Part shown: one piece after another, positions 36,857-46,540 of the stretch | Layout of the letters: each line of letters starts with the position of its first letter | Numbering within the stretch: position 1 is the first letter of the stretch | Assembly: GCA_030835905.1 (NCBI GenBank) | Contig: JAURQX010000046.1 | Span: 2,288-66,287 of the forward strand | Direction of reading: 5' to 3' | From: Alphaproteobacteria bacterium | Lineage (GTDB): Bacteria > Pseudomonadota > Alphaproteobacteria > Rickettsiales > UBA1997 | DNA length: 64,000 bases | Program-made: the position numbers and the translations under genes | Notes under the pieces: model-generated | What the model saw: only the letters and a program-made list of their open reading frames with translations | What the model was told of the DNA's origin: nothing | Database searches by the model: none

Positions 36857-37761
36857 TAATTTATTTTAATTCCGTATTTCTGGCTAAGGTATGAATTAAT
36901 TTTAGCAACTTCACTCGCTTTTAGATCGCGATCAAAAATCATCACCTCAGAAATAAGGCCTTTAAAGTATTGTCCACCATGAGTTGCTCCAACATAAAAA
37001 TTGACACCACAAATATTAAGTAAATCTTTATTCGCTAGACCAATATTATTAGTCCCTTTGGTTGCATTATTAGAATTATGATAAATTGAAACATTATCAG
37101 CTTGATTATTATTTATAATCATTTGTGTAATATTTTGATTTGTAATTGACCCTATATTTACATCAAAAGCATTATTGCGACCACCAAATGCTATAGTGCT
37201 TGAATTCCTAATAAAGAGAATCGCTGCTTCACTAGACTTCTTATTATCTTCGGATATAACTGCTCTCCCAACTATTGGTACTGACGAGTCAGTTGCTTGC
37301 CATACGGCTACCATAGTGTAGGTATCATCACCTTTTTTGATAGGAGCATTGGCAATAAATAATCTATCATCAGCACCATCAAACCTTAAGCTGGGCAAAC
37401 CACCAATACCATTTTCAACATAAATTGGCTGAAAAGTGCTATTAGATTGAGTAACGTTAATTTTATCAGAATTTAAAGATATTTTATTATCATTCCATGA
37501 AGCTATAGCTTGTCCTTCGCTTACTGGCTGACCAGATGCAGTATTAAAAGATGAAGCTGATGTTGTTTCATACCAAACTTTTAAATTTGGAATAGCATTT
37601 ATGCCTGAAGAAGAGGTTAAAGATCTTGCTGAAGCCAATTTAGTCTTAACATAAAGTTCTTTTCCTTTTATTACCCCTGCAACTAAAAGCCCAATTATTA
37701 AAACAACAATTGAAATCTCGATTAATGAGAATGCTCTGTTTAGTTTATTTTGTTTTTGCAT
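36856..37761 (-). CDS. prepilin-type N-terminal methylation-domain protein fused to a LamG/concanavalin-like domain
   Basis: MQKQNKLNRAFSLIEISIVVLIIGLLVAGV class-III signal/pilin helix; C-terminal FYVGATHGGQYFKGLISEVMIFDRDL (LamG-like). Start moved to ATG 37761. TAATG overlap with dgt. Confidence 0.7.
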   Translation of the reverse strand: MQKQNKLNRAFSLIEISIVVLIIGLLVAGVIKGKELYVKTKLASARSLTSSSGINAIPNLKVWYETTSASSFNTASGQPVSEGQAIASWNDNKISLNSDKINVTQSNSTFQPIYVENGIGGLPSLRFDGADDRLFIANAPIKKGDDTYTMVAVWQATDSSVPIVGRAVISEDNKKSSEAAILFIRNSSTIAFGGRNNAFDVNIGSITNQNITQMIINNNQADNVSIYHNSNNATKGTNNIGLANKDLLNICGVNFYVGATHGGQYFKGLISEVMIFDRDLKASEVAKINSYLSQKYGIKIN

Positions 37762-37791
37762 GAATAAAAAAGTTAATTGATTAAAATAAAA

Positions 37792-37865
37792 ACTTATCAT
37801 TTTACTTGAAACCGCTTTCAAGTAAAATGATTACGTGCTTCTTAAACTTGCCTTGGCAAGTTTAG
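37792..37865 (-). repeat. family-3 structured element, copy 2 (immediately 3' of kbl)
   Basis: Stem ttttacttga/tcaagtaaaa around the loop aaccgcttt, then tgattacgtgc...taaacttgcc-ttg-gcaagttta containing the kbl stop. Confidence 0.65.
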
Positions 37866-39070
37866 ATGGTTCCTAACTCCTTCCCAACTTTTTTAAAAGC
37901 CTCGATACATTTATCTAAATGTTCTTGATTATGGGCTGCTGAAATTTGAACTCTAATTCTAGCTTCATTTTTGGGAACTACCGGAAAAGAAAAAGCAATT
38001 ACATAAATTCCTTGTTCTTCAATCATTTTTGTAGCAAAATGACTAGCTAATTTAGCGTCGCCAAGCATGACTGGTACCACAGGATGAATTGCATTTGGAT
38101 CCCTAAGATCAAAGCCTGCCTCAAGCATTTTTTTTCTAAAATACTGAGTATTGTTAGTTAGTTTTTCAATTAAATCTTTAGATTTTTCTATACGATCAAT
38201 TATTTCAATCCCAGTTAAAGCAGTAACCGGCGAAATATTATTTGAAAAAAGATAAGGTCTAGCCTTGTTTCTAAGCTTGTCAATAATTGATTTTTTAGAA
38301 GCTATAAAGCCACCGGCAGTACCACCCAGCGCCTTGCCTAAAGTTGAAGTTAAAATATCGATTTTGCCTTCAACTTCAAAATATTCTGCAGTACCGCGAC
38401 CGTTAGCGCCAATAAAACCAGTGGCATGACAATCATCAACTAATAGTAACGAGTTATATTTTTGGGCTAATTCGCAAATTTGATCTAATTTAGCAATATC
38501 GCCATCCATTGAAAAAACGCCATCAGTTACAATAACTCTATTTTGACAATTTTGTGCTTCTTGCAATTTTTGCTCAAGTTGCGCCATATCATCAAATTTA
38601 TAAAAAAAGCGCTTAGCTTTGCATAGTCTAATACCATCAATCAAGCTTGCATGATTTAAATCAGCCGAAATTATTGCATCATTTTCATCAAACAAAGCAG
38701 CGAAAATGCCATTATTAGCCGCAAAGCATGAAGAAAAAGTGATGACATCTTCATAGCCCAAAAAGCTGGCTATCCTTTCTTCGAATCTTTTGTGAAGATC
38801 TTGCGTGCCACAAATAAAACGCACTGAAGCTGTGCCTAAGCCATAATCATCAAGTGCTCTTTTGCCAATTTCAATTAATTCACGATCATTGGCCAGTCCC
38901 AAATAATTATTGGCACAAAAATTAATCACTTTTTTTTGTTGATCTTGGTGAAAAATCTCAATATCAGCGCTCTGTTGGCTAGTTATTTCATATTCACTTT
39001 TATAAAGACCTTCTTTTTTAAGAGTCTTTAACTCACTTTCTATATTGCTTAAAAATTTATCATTAATCAT
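37862..39070 (-). CDS. kbl: glycine C-acetyltransferase (2-amino-3-ketobutyrate CoA ligase)
   Basis: NNYLGLA, DGVFSMDGD, STLGKALGG (PLP lysine); 402 aa. Confidence 0.8.
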   Translation of the reverse strand: MINDKFLSNIESELKTLKKEGLYKSEYEITSQQSADIEIFHQDQQKKVINFCANNYLGLANDRELIEIGKRALDDYGLGTASVRFICGTQDLHKRFEERIASFLGYEDVITFSSCFAANNGIFAALFDENDAIISADLNHASLIDGIRLCKAKRFFYKFDDMAQLEQKLQEAQNCQNRVIVTDGVFSMDGDIAKLDQICELAQKYNSLLLVDDCHATGFIGANGRGTAEYFEVEGKIDILTSTLGKALGGTAGGFIASKKSIIDKLRNKARPYLFSNNISPVTALTGIEIIDRIEKSKDLIEKLTNNTQYFRKKMLEAGFDLRDPNAIHPVVPVMLGDAKLASHFATKMIEEQGIYVIAFSFPVVPKNEARIRVQISAAHNQEHLDKCIEAFKKVGKELGTI

Positions 39071-39100
39071 TATCTTATATAAATCATTAAATTAATTATC

Positions 39101-40096
39101 ATGAAAGAATTTGAACTAATTAATCAATTATTCAAGCCACTTGTCAAAAATTCTGTTATTTCTCAAGATTTAGAAGGCGATGTTGCTAAAATTATCCTAG
39201 AAAAAGACAAGGAATTAGTAATCAGCAAAGATATGATTTGTGAAGATGTGCATTTTTACAGAAATGATGGTGGATATAAAATTGCTAGCAAACTTTTGCG
39301 TGCTAACCTTTCTGATATTGCTTCTTCTGGCGCTAAGCCACTTTACTATATGCTTGGTTTTAGTAAAACTAATGATCAAAAATTTATCCAAGATTTTGTT
39401 TTAGGACTGAGAGATGCTCAAAAATTATTTGATATTTCTTTAATTGGTGGCGATACAATTTCACTTAAAAAAGATACAAATCCTTTATTTTTTTCACTAA
39501 CAATTTTTGGAATTGCTAAAAAAGATAAAATTTTATCAAGAAAAAATGCTCAAGAAGATGATTTAATTTTTGTTTCTGGTTCAATTGGCGATGCTTTTTT
39601 AGGACTAAATTTATTACAAAAAACAGAGTTTGTTAAGCAATTTAACTTTAATGAAGAGCGGCAAAAATATCTTTTAGATCGTCATTATTTTCCAACGCCA
39701 CGGATTGATTTAGGGCAAGAATTAATCGTCAATAATTTATCAAAATGTGCCATAGATATTTCTGACGGGTTGCTGGCTGACCTTAATCAAATTTGCAGAG
39801 CTTCTAATTTATCGGCAGAAATTTATCTTGATAAGGTGCCAAATTTTATTACTAAAAAACTTGATTACTCACTAGCACAAAATTTAATCAATCAAGGTGA
39901 TGATTATGAGTTGCTATTTAGTGCATCAGAAGAAAACTTTGAAAAAGTTATGTTGCTACAAGAGCAATTAAATTTAAAAATTTCATATATTGGTAAAATT
40001 ATAAAAAAATCAAATTGTGATAATTTGGTGACTATTTATGAAAATCAATCCAAGAGTAAAAAATTGAACTTTTCTAAATATGGCTACGAACACTAA
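39101..40096 (+). CDS. thiL: thiamine-monophosphate kinase
   Basis: AIR-synthase-like fold; GDDVA-type start (EGDVAKI), LSDIASSGAKP, GGDT. Confidence 0.8.
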   Translation: MKEFELINQLFKPLVKNSVISQDLEGDVAKIILEKDKELVISKDMICEDVHFYRNDGGYKIASKLLRANLSDIASSGAKPLYYMLGFSKTNDQKFIQDFVLGLRDAQKLFDISLIGGDTISLKKDTNPLFFSLTIFGIAKKDKILSRKNAQEDDLIFVSGSIGDAFLGLNLLQKTEFVKQFNFNEERQKYLLDRHYFPTPRIDLGQELIVNNLSKCAIDISDGLLADLNQICRASNLSAEIYLDKVPNFITKKLDYSLAQNLINQGDDYELLFSASEENFEKVMLLQEQLNLKISYIGKIIKKSNCDNLVTIYENQSKSKKLNFSKYGYEH

Positions 40097-40733
40097 ACAA
40101 AACAAGTCTCAAAACTTTGCAAATTCAACGCAAAGACTAACCGCTTTGGGTGTTGATATTTTTATTGTAATTATAATTCGCTTTTTTTTCACAGCTTTGA
40201 TTGGTGAGTTGTGGATCAAAAGTCTAATTGTTAAATTTGAACAAGATTTTACTCAAAAATTTGGCACACCTTTTATGCAAAGCGAGTTATCTCATATCCA
40301 GTTTTTTAGAGATCACGAATTATTTTTTGCTTTGATAATCTTTTACATAACGGTTGTTTTGGTTGGAGCAATTTACTATGCCTATTTACACTCTTCATCT
40401 TGGCAAGCAACAATTGGTAAAAGAGTGGTTGGGATTATAGCTATTAAATCTAATGGTTTAGCAATGAGCTTTAAACGAGCTATGTTATACTATTTTTTAT
40501 CAATTTTACCGTTCATTTATGCAGCATATATTTTTGCCTATATGGCAAGTTTTGATGTCTCTTTAATAGGGGCCTTAACTGGAAGTATTACTAATATTAT
40601 CTTGACGATTTTATTTGTGGCTTGGGTTCAATCGCAATATTTTAATCAAAGAAAAAGTACAATTTATGATTTAATTTGTCATATTGATGTAAAAGAGGGT
40701 AAAATTAATAAAAAATACCCATGGGAAAAATAA
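40080..40733 (+). CDS. RDD-family membrane protein
   Basis: QRLTALGVDIFIV start, three or four TM helices, GKRVVGI motif. Confidence 0.6.
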   Translation: MATNTKQNKSQNFANSTQRLTALGVDIFIVIIIRFFFTALIGELWIKSLIVKFEQDFTQKFGTPFMQSELSHIQFFRDHELFFALIIFYITVVLVGAIYYAYLHSSSWQATIGKRVVGIIAIKSNGLAMSFKRAMLYYFLSILPFIYAAYIFAYMASFDVSLIGALTGSITNIILTILFVAWVQSQYFNQRKSTIYDLICHIDVKEGKINKKYPWEK

Positions 40734-40745
40734 TATTTAAAAAAA

Positions 40746-41606
40746 ATGTCTCATAACATATTGCAAAAAACTATAACTAGTAAAATTAGCTGTAGTGGAG
40801 TGGGTTTACATTGTGGTAAAAAGATTAACATTACACTAATTCCAGCTAAAGATAATAGCGGCATTATCTTTCGTCGAGTTGATGTTAAAGATAAAAATAA
40901 TGAAATAGCCGCTAACTACTTAAATGTTAGTGCTACCAATTTAGGTACAGTTATCAGAAATGAGTCTGGCGTTGAAGTGTCAACCGTTGAGCATTTAATG
41001 GCGGCAATTTGGGGTTGCGGGATTGATAATTTACTCATTGAAATTGATGGTGGTGAAGTGCCAATTATGGACGGCAGCTCAGAGCCTTTTGTTTTTTTAA
41101 TAGAATGCGCTGGCATAGTTAGTCAAAAAGATGATCGTCGAGAAATTGAGATTCTTAAAAAAGTGCGCTATGAAGAGGATGGAAAATTTATTGAGGTTTT
41201 GCCAGCCAAAGAATTTTCTCTAAATTTGGAAGTTGATTTTAAAGGAGTTGGCAAGCAAAAATTTTCTTATACAGCAATCTCAAGCTCTTTTAAAACTGAT
41301 ATTTGTTGCGCCCGTACTTTTTGCTTTAAAAATGAAATCGATCATATGCATAAATTAGGTTTGGCCAGGGGTGGATCATTAAAAAATGCTATCGTTTTAA
41401 ATGAAGATGGATCAATAATTAATGAAGAAGGTTTGCGCTATAAAGATGAGTTAGTCAAACATAAGGTTTTAGATTTTATTGGCGACATGTACTTGTCTGG
41501 CTATTTTATTGTTGGACATTTCAACGCTTTTAAACCGGGTCACACTATTAACAATCAACTTCTTAGAAAATTATTTTCTGATGAGTCTGCTTGGCGTGTG
41601 GTTTAG
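40746..41606 (+). CDS. lpxC: UDP-3-O-acyl-N-acetylglucosamine deacetylase
   Basis: GVGLHCGK, TVEHLMAA, PIMDGSSEPF, HKVLDFIGD. Confidence 0.9.
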   Translation: MSHNILQKTITSKISCSGVGLHCGKKINITLIPAKDNSGIIFRRVDVKDKNNEIAANYLNVSATNLGTVIRNESGVEVSTVEHLMAAIWGCGIDNLLIEIDGGEVPIMDGSSEPFVFLIECAGIVSQKDDRREIEILKKVRYEEDGKFIEVLPAKEFSLNLEVDFKGVGKQKFSYTAISSSFKTDICCARTFCFKNEIDHMHKLGLARGGSLKNAIVLNEDGSIINEEGLRYKDELVKHKVLDFIGDMYLSGYFIVGHFNAFKPGHTINNQLLRKLFSDESAWRVV

Positions 41607-41707
41607 TAGCAATTTGCAACACATGGCTTATTTATTTTGACCTTTTTATTTTGTTGTTCTAATTTCAAAATCTAACTAAAATTTAAAAAACTGATTTTAA
41701 ATGCAAT

Positions 41708-42313
41708 ATGGGATCAAGAAAAAAGCAGGGCTTTTTTAATTATTATCGTAAATATTTATTAATTATTTTTACTGTAATTTTACTATATTTTTGGTTTTTC
41801 ACTCAGCCAGTTTTTCAAGTTAAACATTCTATGGCAGACTTAATACAAGGTTTTGCATGCATTCTTTTGTTTATTGGTGTAATTGGTAGAGTTTTTTCTT
41901 CGATAACAATTGCAGGTAAAAAAAATAATGAAGTAGTTTCAACTGAAATATATTCAGTGGTTCGTAATCCGCTTTACTTTTTTTCTTTCATCATGGTTCT
42001 TGGTGGGTCAATGATGACTTTTAGGATAGAACTAATCATTCTTGCTCTAACCTTCTTTTTAATCTGCTTTTATCCAATGATGAAAAATGAGGAGCGATAT
42101 TTAGAAGAGATTTTTGGTGAAAAATATACCCACTATAAAAATAGTACACCACTTTTTATCCCTAATTTTAGCTTATATAAATCCAGAAAAATCGCTGAAA
42201 TTGATATTAAGTTGGTAACAAAAACTCTATTTGATGCTTTTATAGGCCTTTTAATTATACCTATTTTGGCAGTTGGACATTATATTGATACCATTTTAAA
42301 TGCTGTAGTATAA
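41708..42313 (+). CDS. isoprenylcysteine carboxyl methyltransferase (ICMT/PEMT) family membrane protein
   Basis: GIYSVVRNPLYFFSF and EERYLEEIFGEKY motifs. Confidence 0.65.
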   Translation: MGSRKKQGFFNYYRKYLLIIFTVILLYFWFFTQPVFQVKHSMADLIQGFACILLFIGVIGRVFSSITIAGKKNNEVVSTEIYSVVRNPLYFFSFIMVLGGSMMTFRIELIILALTFFLICFYPMMKNEERYLEEIFGEKYTHYKNSTPLFIPNFSLYKSRKIAEIDIKLVTKTLFDAFIGLLIIPILAVGHYIDTILNAVV

Positions 42314-43096
42314 GTTCTTCGTTTCAGGGGATTTTTGATTTATCACGTCTGATTTATAGCAATTGACGGCTTCATGAATTTTTTTGGCTAATTCTTCATA
42401 TTTTTTTACGAATTTGGGCTGAAATTCCTCATTTAACCCTAGTAAATCGTCGGTAACTAGAATTTGTCCGCTACAATTTAACGACGCGCCAATCCCAATT
42501 GTAGGGATATTAATTGATTGTGTAATTTTATCAGCAAGATCCACCGGTACCGCTTCAATCACTAAAGCAAAAGCGCCAAGGTTAGCTATTTCTTTAGAAA
42601 TAGCTAATATTTCATTAGCTGAATCAGCTTTTGTTCCTTGATATTTATAGCTTCCAATTTTGCGAACATGTTGTGGCAGTAGTCCAACGTGACCAACAAC
42701 AGCAATGTTGTTTTGTACCAAATGTTGCAAGGTTGGCAATATTTTTTGATCAATCTCAATTTTCACTGCATCGCAATTTGTTTCTTGGATAACTTTCTGA
42801 GCATTAGATAGGGCTTGATCTTTGCAATTTTCATAAGTACCAAATGGCAAATCAACAACTACCAAAGCATTCTTAACCGCATTTTTAACAGCTTTGGCAT
42901 GATTTATCATCATTTCAATTGTTACATCTATAGTATCTTTCATACCATAAACTGTCATTCCTAATGAGTCGCCAACTAAAATAAGATCACAATATTTATC
43001 CAAAATTTTAGCTATTGAATAGCTATAAGCTGTCAAACAAATAATTTTTTGTTTATCTTTTTTGGCAATCAAGTTAGCTATTTTGCTATTTTTCAT
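42296..43096 (-). CDS. panB: 3-methyl-2-oxobutanoate hydroxymethyltransferase
   Basis: ICLTAYSYSIAKILD...LVGDSLGMTVYG; start moved to the Met giving MKNSKIANL. Confidence 0.85.
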   Translation of the reverse strand: MKNSKIANLIAKKDKQKIICLTAYSYSIAKILDKYCDLILVGDSLGMTVYGMKDTIDVTIEMMINHAKAVKNAVKNALVVVDLPFGTYENCKDQALSNAQKVIQETNCDAVKIEIDQKILPTLQHLVQNNIAVVGHVGLLPQHVRKIGSYKYQGTKADSANEILAISKEIANLGAFALVIEAVPVDLADKITQSINIPTIGIGASLNCSGQILVTDDLLGLNEEFQPKFVKKYEELAKKIHEAVNCYKSDVINQKSPETKNLYYSI

Positions 43097-46000
43097 CACT
43101 TTGCCCCTCATCATTTTTTTGCTGACTTTCAAAATCTTTGGAAAAATCAATCAATTCTTTAGAATCTTGTTTATTATCTTGATCATCTAACTTTGGAGTG
43201 GTGTGTATAGTTTTTAATCCAAAATATTGTCTTACCTGATCAAGATTAGTAATCTGTGTGATATTATTATCTTTATATATAATGCTGGTTGCTACATTAA
43301 TTGGAATTTGCTTTTTTCTATTGCCAGTTAGAAATAGAGAATTTAATAAGCCGTTTGCTTGATTATCTTTAATACTAAATGAGCCGCTAAAAATACTATT
43401 AAGTGCTGGAGCTTTTAAATCAACGCGATAGCTAGCATTATTTTCATCAATTATATCTATGCTACCACTAGCCTCACTAAATTTTGTTATTGCACCCTGA
43501 CTGCCAATAATTGACTCTGGATTATCAATTTTATTTTTCTTAATACTAGCAACAAACATTTCTTTTATAAGATCGCTTAATCCATAATTTTTAATTTCAA
43601 CTGGTTTTGCTGCAAAAATAATCTTAGCAGAAAGCTTTCTAAAAAACTCTTCTTTTTTGGCAGCTGAAGCATTGAAAGCGGCGCTTAAATTACCTTTGGC
43701 AGAAATATTGTTTTGGTTAGTCAATGTTAACAGAGTCGCGCCAAGATCAACATTTGTTGCCGTCAATGTGCCGCTTAATACCTTGAGAGAGCCAACATTA
43801 ATTAAGCCATCATATTTGAGATTGCCATCAAGAAATTTACAATTAATCTCAGAATTTTTGATAGATCCGTCTCTAAGTTCGCCATATATTTTAACCTCAT
43901 CTAATTTTGCCTTATCAATTAAAACTTTTTTAAGATAAATATTTACTATACCATCAAAACCTTTTAACGACGGAAGAGCAAATAGTTGATCAAAAAAATC
44001 TCTAGGTTTGAGATCTACGTCTTGATTAAAGCTGCTATCAATCTCTATATTATTGGTTGTGGAATCATAGGTGAACTTGTCAGCAAAAATTCTGGCACTA
44101 AACTTAGGAGTATCGCTGCTAATGTCTAAAATTAAATTTGCTTCAAGAGTAGTATTAATTGAATTTAATTTCATGTCCGAAACCTCAAAATAACCCTTGC
44201 CAATTCTTAGGGCAATTGATTGATTGTTGAAAGTTTCTCCTTTATAAATTAGCCTATCAAACTTTAGTTTTAGATTATTTCTAGAGGTAATATTATTGAG
44301 CCATAATACCTTTTTTAGAAATGAGCCAGGAGATAAATAAACATTCCGTCCAGAGGTTAAAAAGAAATCATCAACATTGAAATATGTGCCATAAAGATCT
44401 AAAGCAATATTGCGAGATTTTGATTTATCGCGTACAATTTTTATATTACCTAAAAATTCACTAGAGCCATCATTAAGATTTAAATAAAAATTATTAAATA
44501 TTGTAGTAGTTGGCAGCAGTAGAACATCTGAGTATATTGAATATTTTTCAAGCTTATCAAGCTTTAGATTTTGTGCAGAAAAATTAAACCATCGAAAAAC
44601 ATCTTTTAAGCTTTCACCCTTAGTGTCAATTTTGCCAACAAATTTAGGAACTTCACTATTATTGTTAAAAACTCCGCTAACTCTAAAAAGTCCGCCACCA
44701 GGTGTTTTAAAAATTAGAGGCAAAATCATGATTTGACCACCCTTGGATATTGTAATATATACATCTCCATCTTTTATTTCACCATTTAGATATTTTATGT
44801 TATCAACTTTAATCTCGGCTGTAAAATCAATATTTTTTATATTGTTAGAAATATGCTCAATATCTAATTTTTCATTCTCATTTATTAGATCATCTTCTTG
44901 TTTATTATCGTAAATGGTGCGATTTTCTGTGGTAATTAATTGTGAATTTTGATTGTCTTTTGCCAACATTTGTTCAGTCAGAATATTTTCTTTTTCATCT
45001 CCTTCTTTTACTTTGCTAGAGGCTTCATCAACCTTTGTCTTATTTGGAAAATATTTGATATAGCTTTGAAGTTTTTCTAAGGTTAAAGCCTCACCCGACC
45101 ATATACTATCGAGATCAAGATTTTTTAGATTTAAAGATAAGTCCATTATGGGAATTTTTCTACTTAAATTCAAACTAGCTTGACCCTCGCCATTAATTAT
45201 TGATGAATTAATCAATATATTATCAATACTTAATTCTTTTGTAATATTGGTGATATCTGCACTAATTTTTATATCTCTAGAATTGTAACCCAGTTTATTA
45301 AATACTATATCATAATTATTAATGTAGCTGCCATAAAAAGATTTTAGCTCAGATATGTCTGCAAATAATTTACCGTTAAAGGTGCTATCGTAAATATTTT
45401 TTGGAGGTTCAATAAAATTGCCTTCTAATCTTGCTAAAATTGCGGGAGATAATATTTCTAAATAAGATATTTTTTCATAATTATTGCCAATATTAACTAA
45501 TCCAACAATTTTACTTTTTATCTTATTGCTAACAAACTCTATCTCAGGCTTTATTGTGCTATAATTCAACTTGATGAAGCCATTAATAGAATCGATCTTT
45601 TTTTCCCTAAGAAGACCATCATATCTTATAAAACTGCCATTAATAAAAGTAATTTTAGGAATGTTTAGAATGTTAAATTCATCGGCGCTTATTCTATCTA
45701 TGCTAAAAATTTTACCACTAATACCTTGGCCCATATTAATATTTTCAACATCAGTTAACTCTATTTTATTTTGCTTCAATTTCTGAGAAAAAAGACTATC
45801 GTTATTTTTTTTATATAAATCATCTTGATATGATTCTAAAACAGCATCGTTAATTATTATTTCAGAAGTAAAGCTTTGAGAAGATATGCCAAAAAGAGGA
45901 ATTTTTGAAGTTACTGAATTTGCATAAAAATTAAAATATTTGACTATTTCATGTTCTGGATCTTCTTGTTTAAAGTTTCTCATTACCACATCATTGGCAA

Positions 46001-46295
46001 TAATAACTGGATAAGGAATAAATTTAATTTCTAATTTACCATTAATTGAAAAATTGCTTTTGCTAATTTCGCTAACTTTTTGTTCAATTTTAAATTTTAG
46101 TAAAGAGTTATCTAACATCATAGGCACAGCAACTGCTAAGCTAACCAATATTATAAAAGCTATCAAGCTCACCTTAAAGCTACGAGATTTTATTACCTTG
46201 CCAAGATAAATTATAGCTAAGGTTAAAAAATTGGCAACCATAACAATATAGCCGGTAATAAATCTTGTATTTTGTACAATCTTGTCAAAAGGCAT
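43086..46295 (-). CDS. AsmA-family large envelope protein
   Basis: N-terminal TM anchor followed by ~1000 aa of beta-rich sequence; family call by architecture only. Confidence 0.55.
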   Translation of the reverse strand: MPFDKIVQNTRFITGYIVMVANFLTLAIIYLGKVIKSRSFKVSLIAFIILVSLAVAVPMMLDNSLLKFKIEQKVSEISKSNFSINGKLEIKFIPYPVIIANDVVMRNFKQEDPEHEIVKYFNFYANSVTSKIPLFGISSQSFTSEIIINDAVLESYQDDLYKKNNDSLFSQKLKQNKIELTDVENINMGQGISGKIFSIDRISADEFNILNIPKITFINGSFIRYDGLLREKKIDSINGFIKLNYSTIKPEIEFVSNKIKSKIVGLVNIGNNYEKISYLEILSPAILARLEGNFIEPPKNIYDSTFNGKLFADISELKSFYGSYINNYDIVFNKLGYNSRDIKISADITNITKELSIDNILINSSIINGEGQASLNLSRKIPIMDLSLNLKNLDLDSIWSGEALTLEKLQSYIKYFPNKTKVDEASSKVKEGDEKENILTEQMLAKDNQNSQLITTENRTIYDNKQEDDLINENEKLDIEHISNNIKNIDFTAEIKVDNIKYLNGEIKDGDVYITISKGGQIMILPLIFKTPGGGLFRVSGVFNNNSEVPKFVGKIDTKGESLKDVFRWFNFSAQNLKLDKLEKYSIYSDVLLLPTTTIFNNFYLNLNDGSSEFLGNIKIVRDKSKSRNIALDLYGTYFNVDDFFLTSGRNVYLSPGSFLKKVLWLNNITSRNNLKLKFDRLIYKGETFNNQSIALRIGKGYFEVSDMKLNSINTTLEANLILDISSDTPKFSARIFADKFTYDSTTNNIEIDSSFNQDVDLKPRDFFDQLFALPSLKGFDGIVNIYLKKVLIDKAKLDEVKIYGELRDGSIKNSEINCKFLDGNLKYDGLINVGSLKVLSGTLTATNVDLGATLLTLTNQNNISAKGNLSAAFNASAAKKEEFFRKLSAKIIFAAKPVEIKNYGLSDLIKEMFVASIKKNKIDNPESIIGSQGAITKFSEASGSIDIIDENNASYRVDLKAPALNSIFSGSFSIKDNQANGLLNSLFLTGNRKKQIPINVATSIIYKDNNITQITNLDQVRQYFGLKTIHTTPKLDDQDNKQDSKELIDFSKDFESQQKNDEGQSDEK

Positions 46296-46302
46296 TATAT
46301 AC

Positions 46303-46539
46303 TTAAGGCTTATAATTTACTAAATCTATTTCTGAAAAACGTTGTATAATTTCTGAAGTTTTAATTTTATGTACGCTCAAATCACTCAAAAAATTCAAAA
46401 ACATTAAAAGCAAAAAAAATAATAACAAAAATAATCCGCTATAAAAACTTTTTCTTCGATAGCTATCTTGCGCTGCTATAGATTTTGAAGATTTATAGCT
46501 AAGTGTATTTTTTGAAAAATATATCGGATTTTCTAACAT
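46303..46539 (-). CDS. hypothetical single-pass membrane protein (78 aa)
   Basis: ORF between murG and the asmA-like gene with 1-nt and 7-nt spacers; one TM helix. Confidence 0.4.
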   Translation of the reverse strand: MLENPIYFSKNTLSYKSSKSIAAQDSYRRKSFYSGLFLLLFFLLLMFLNFLSDLSVHKIKTSEIIQRFSEIDLVNYKP

Positions 46540-46540
46540 T

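Noticed and set aside
37762-37821. 20-codon N-terminal extension of the pilin-LamG ORF in the ORF track
   Set aside because: The extension lies inside the family-3 repeat. The Met at 37761 gives a canonical short prepilin leader (MQKQNKLNRA-FSLIE).
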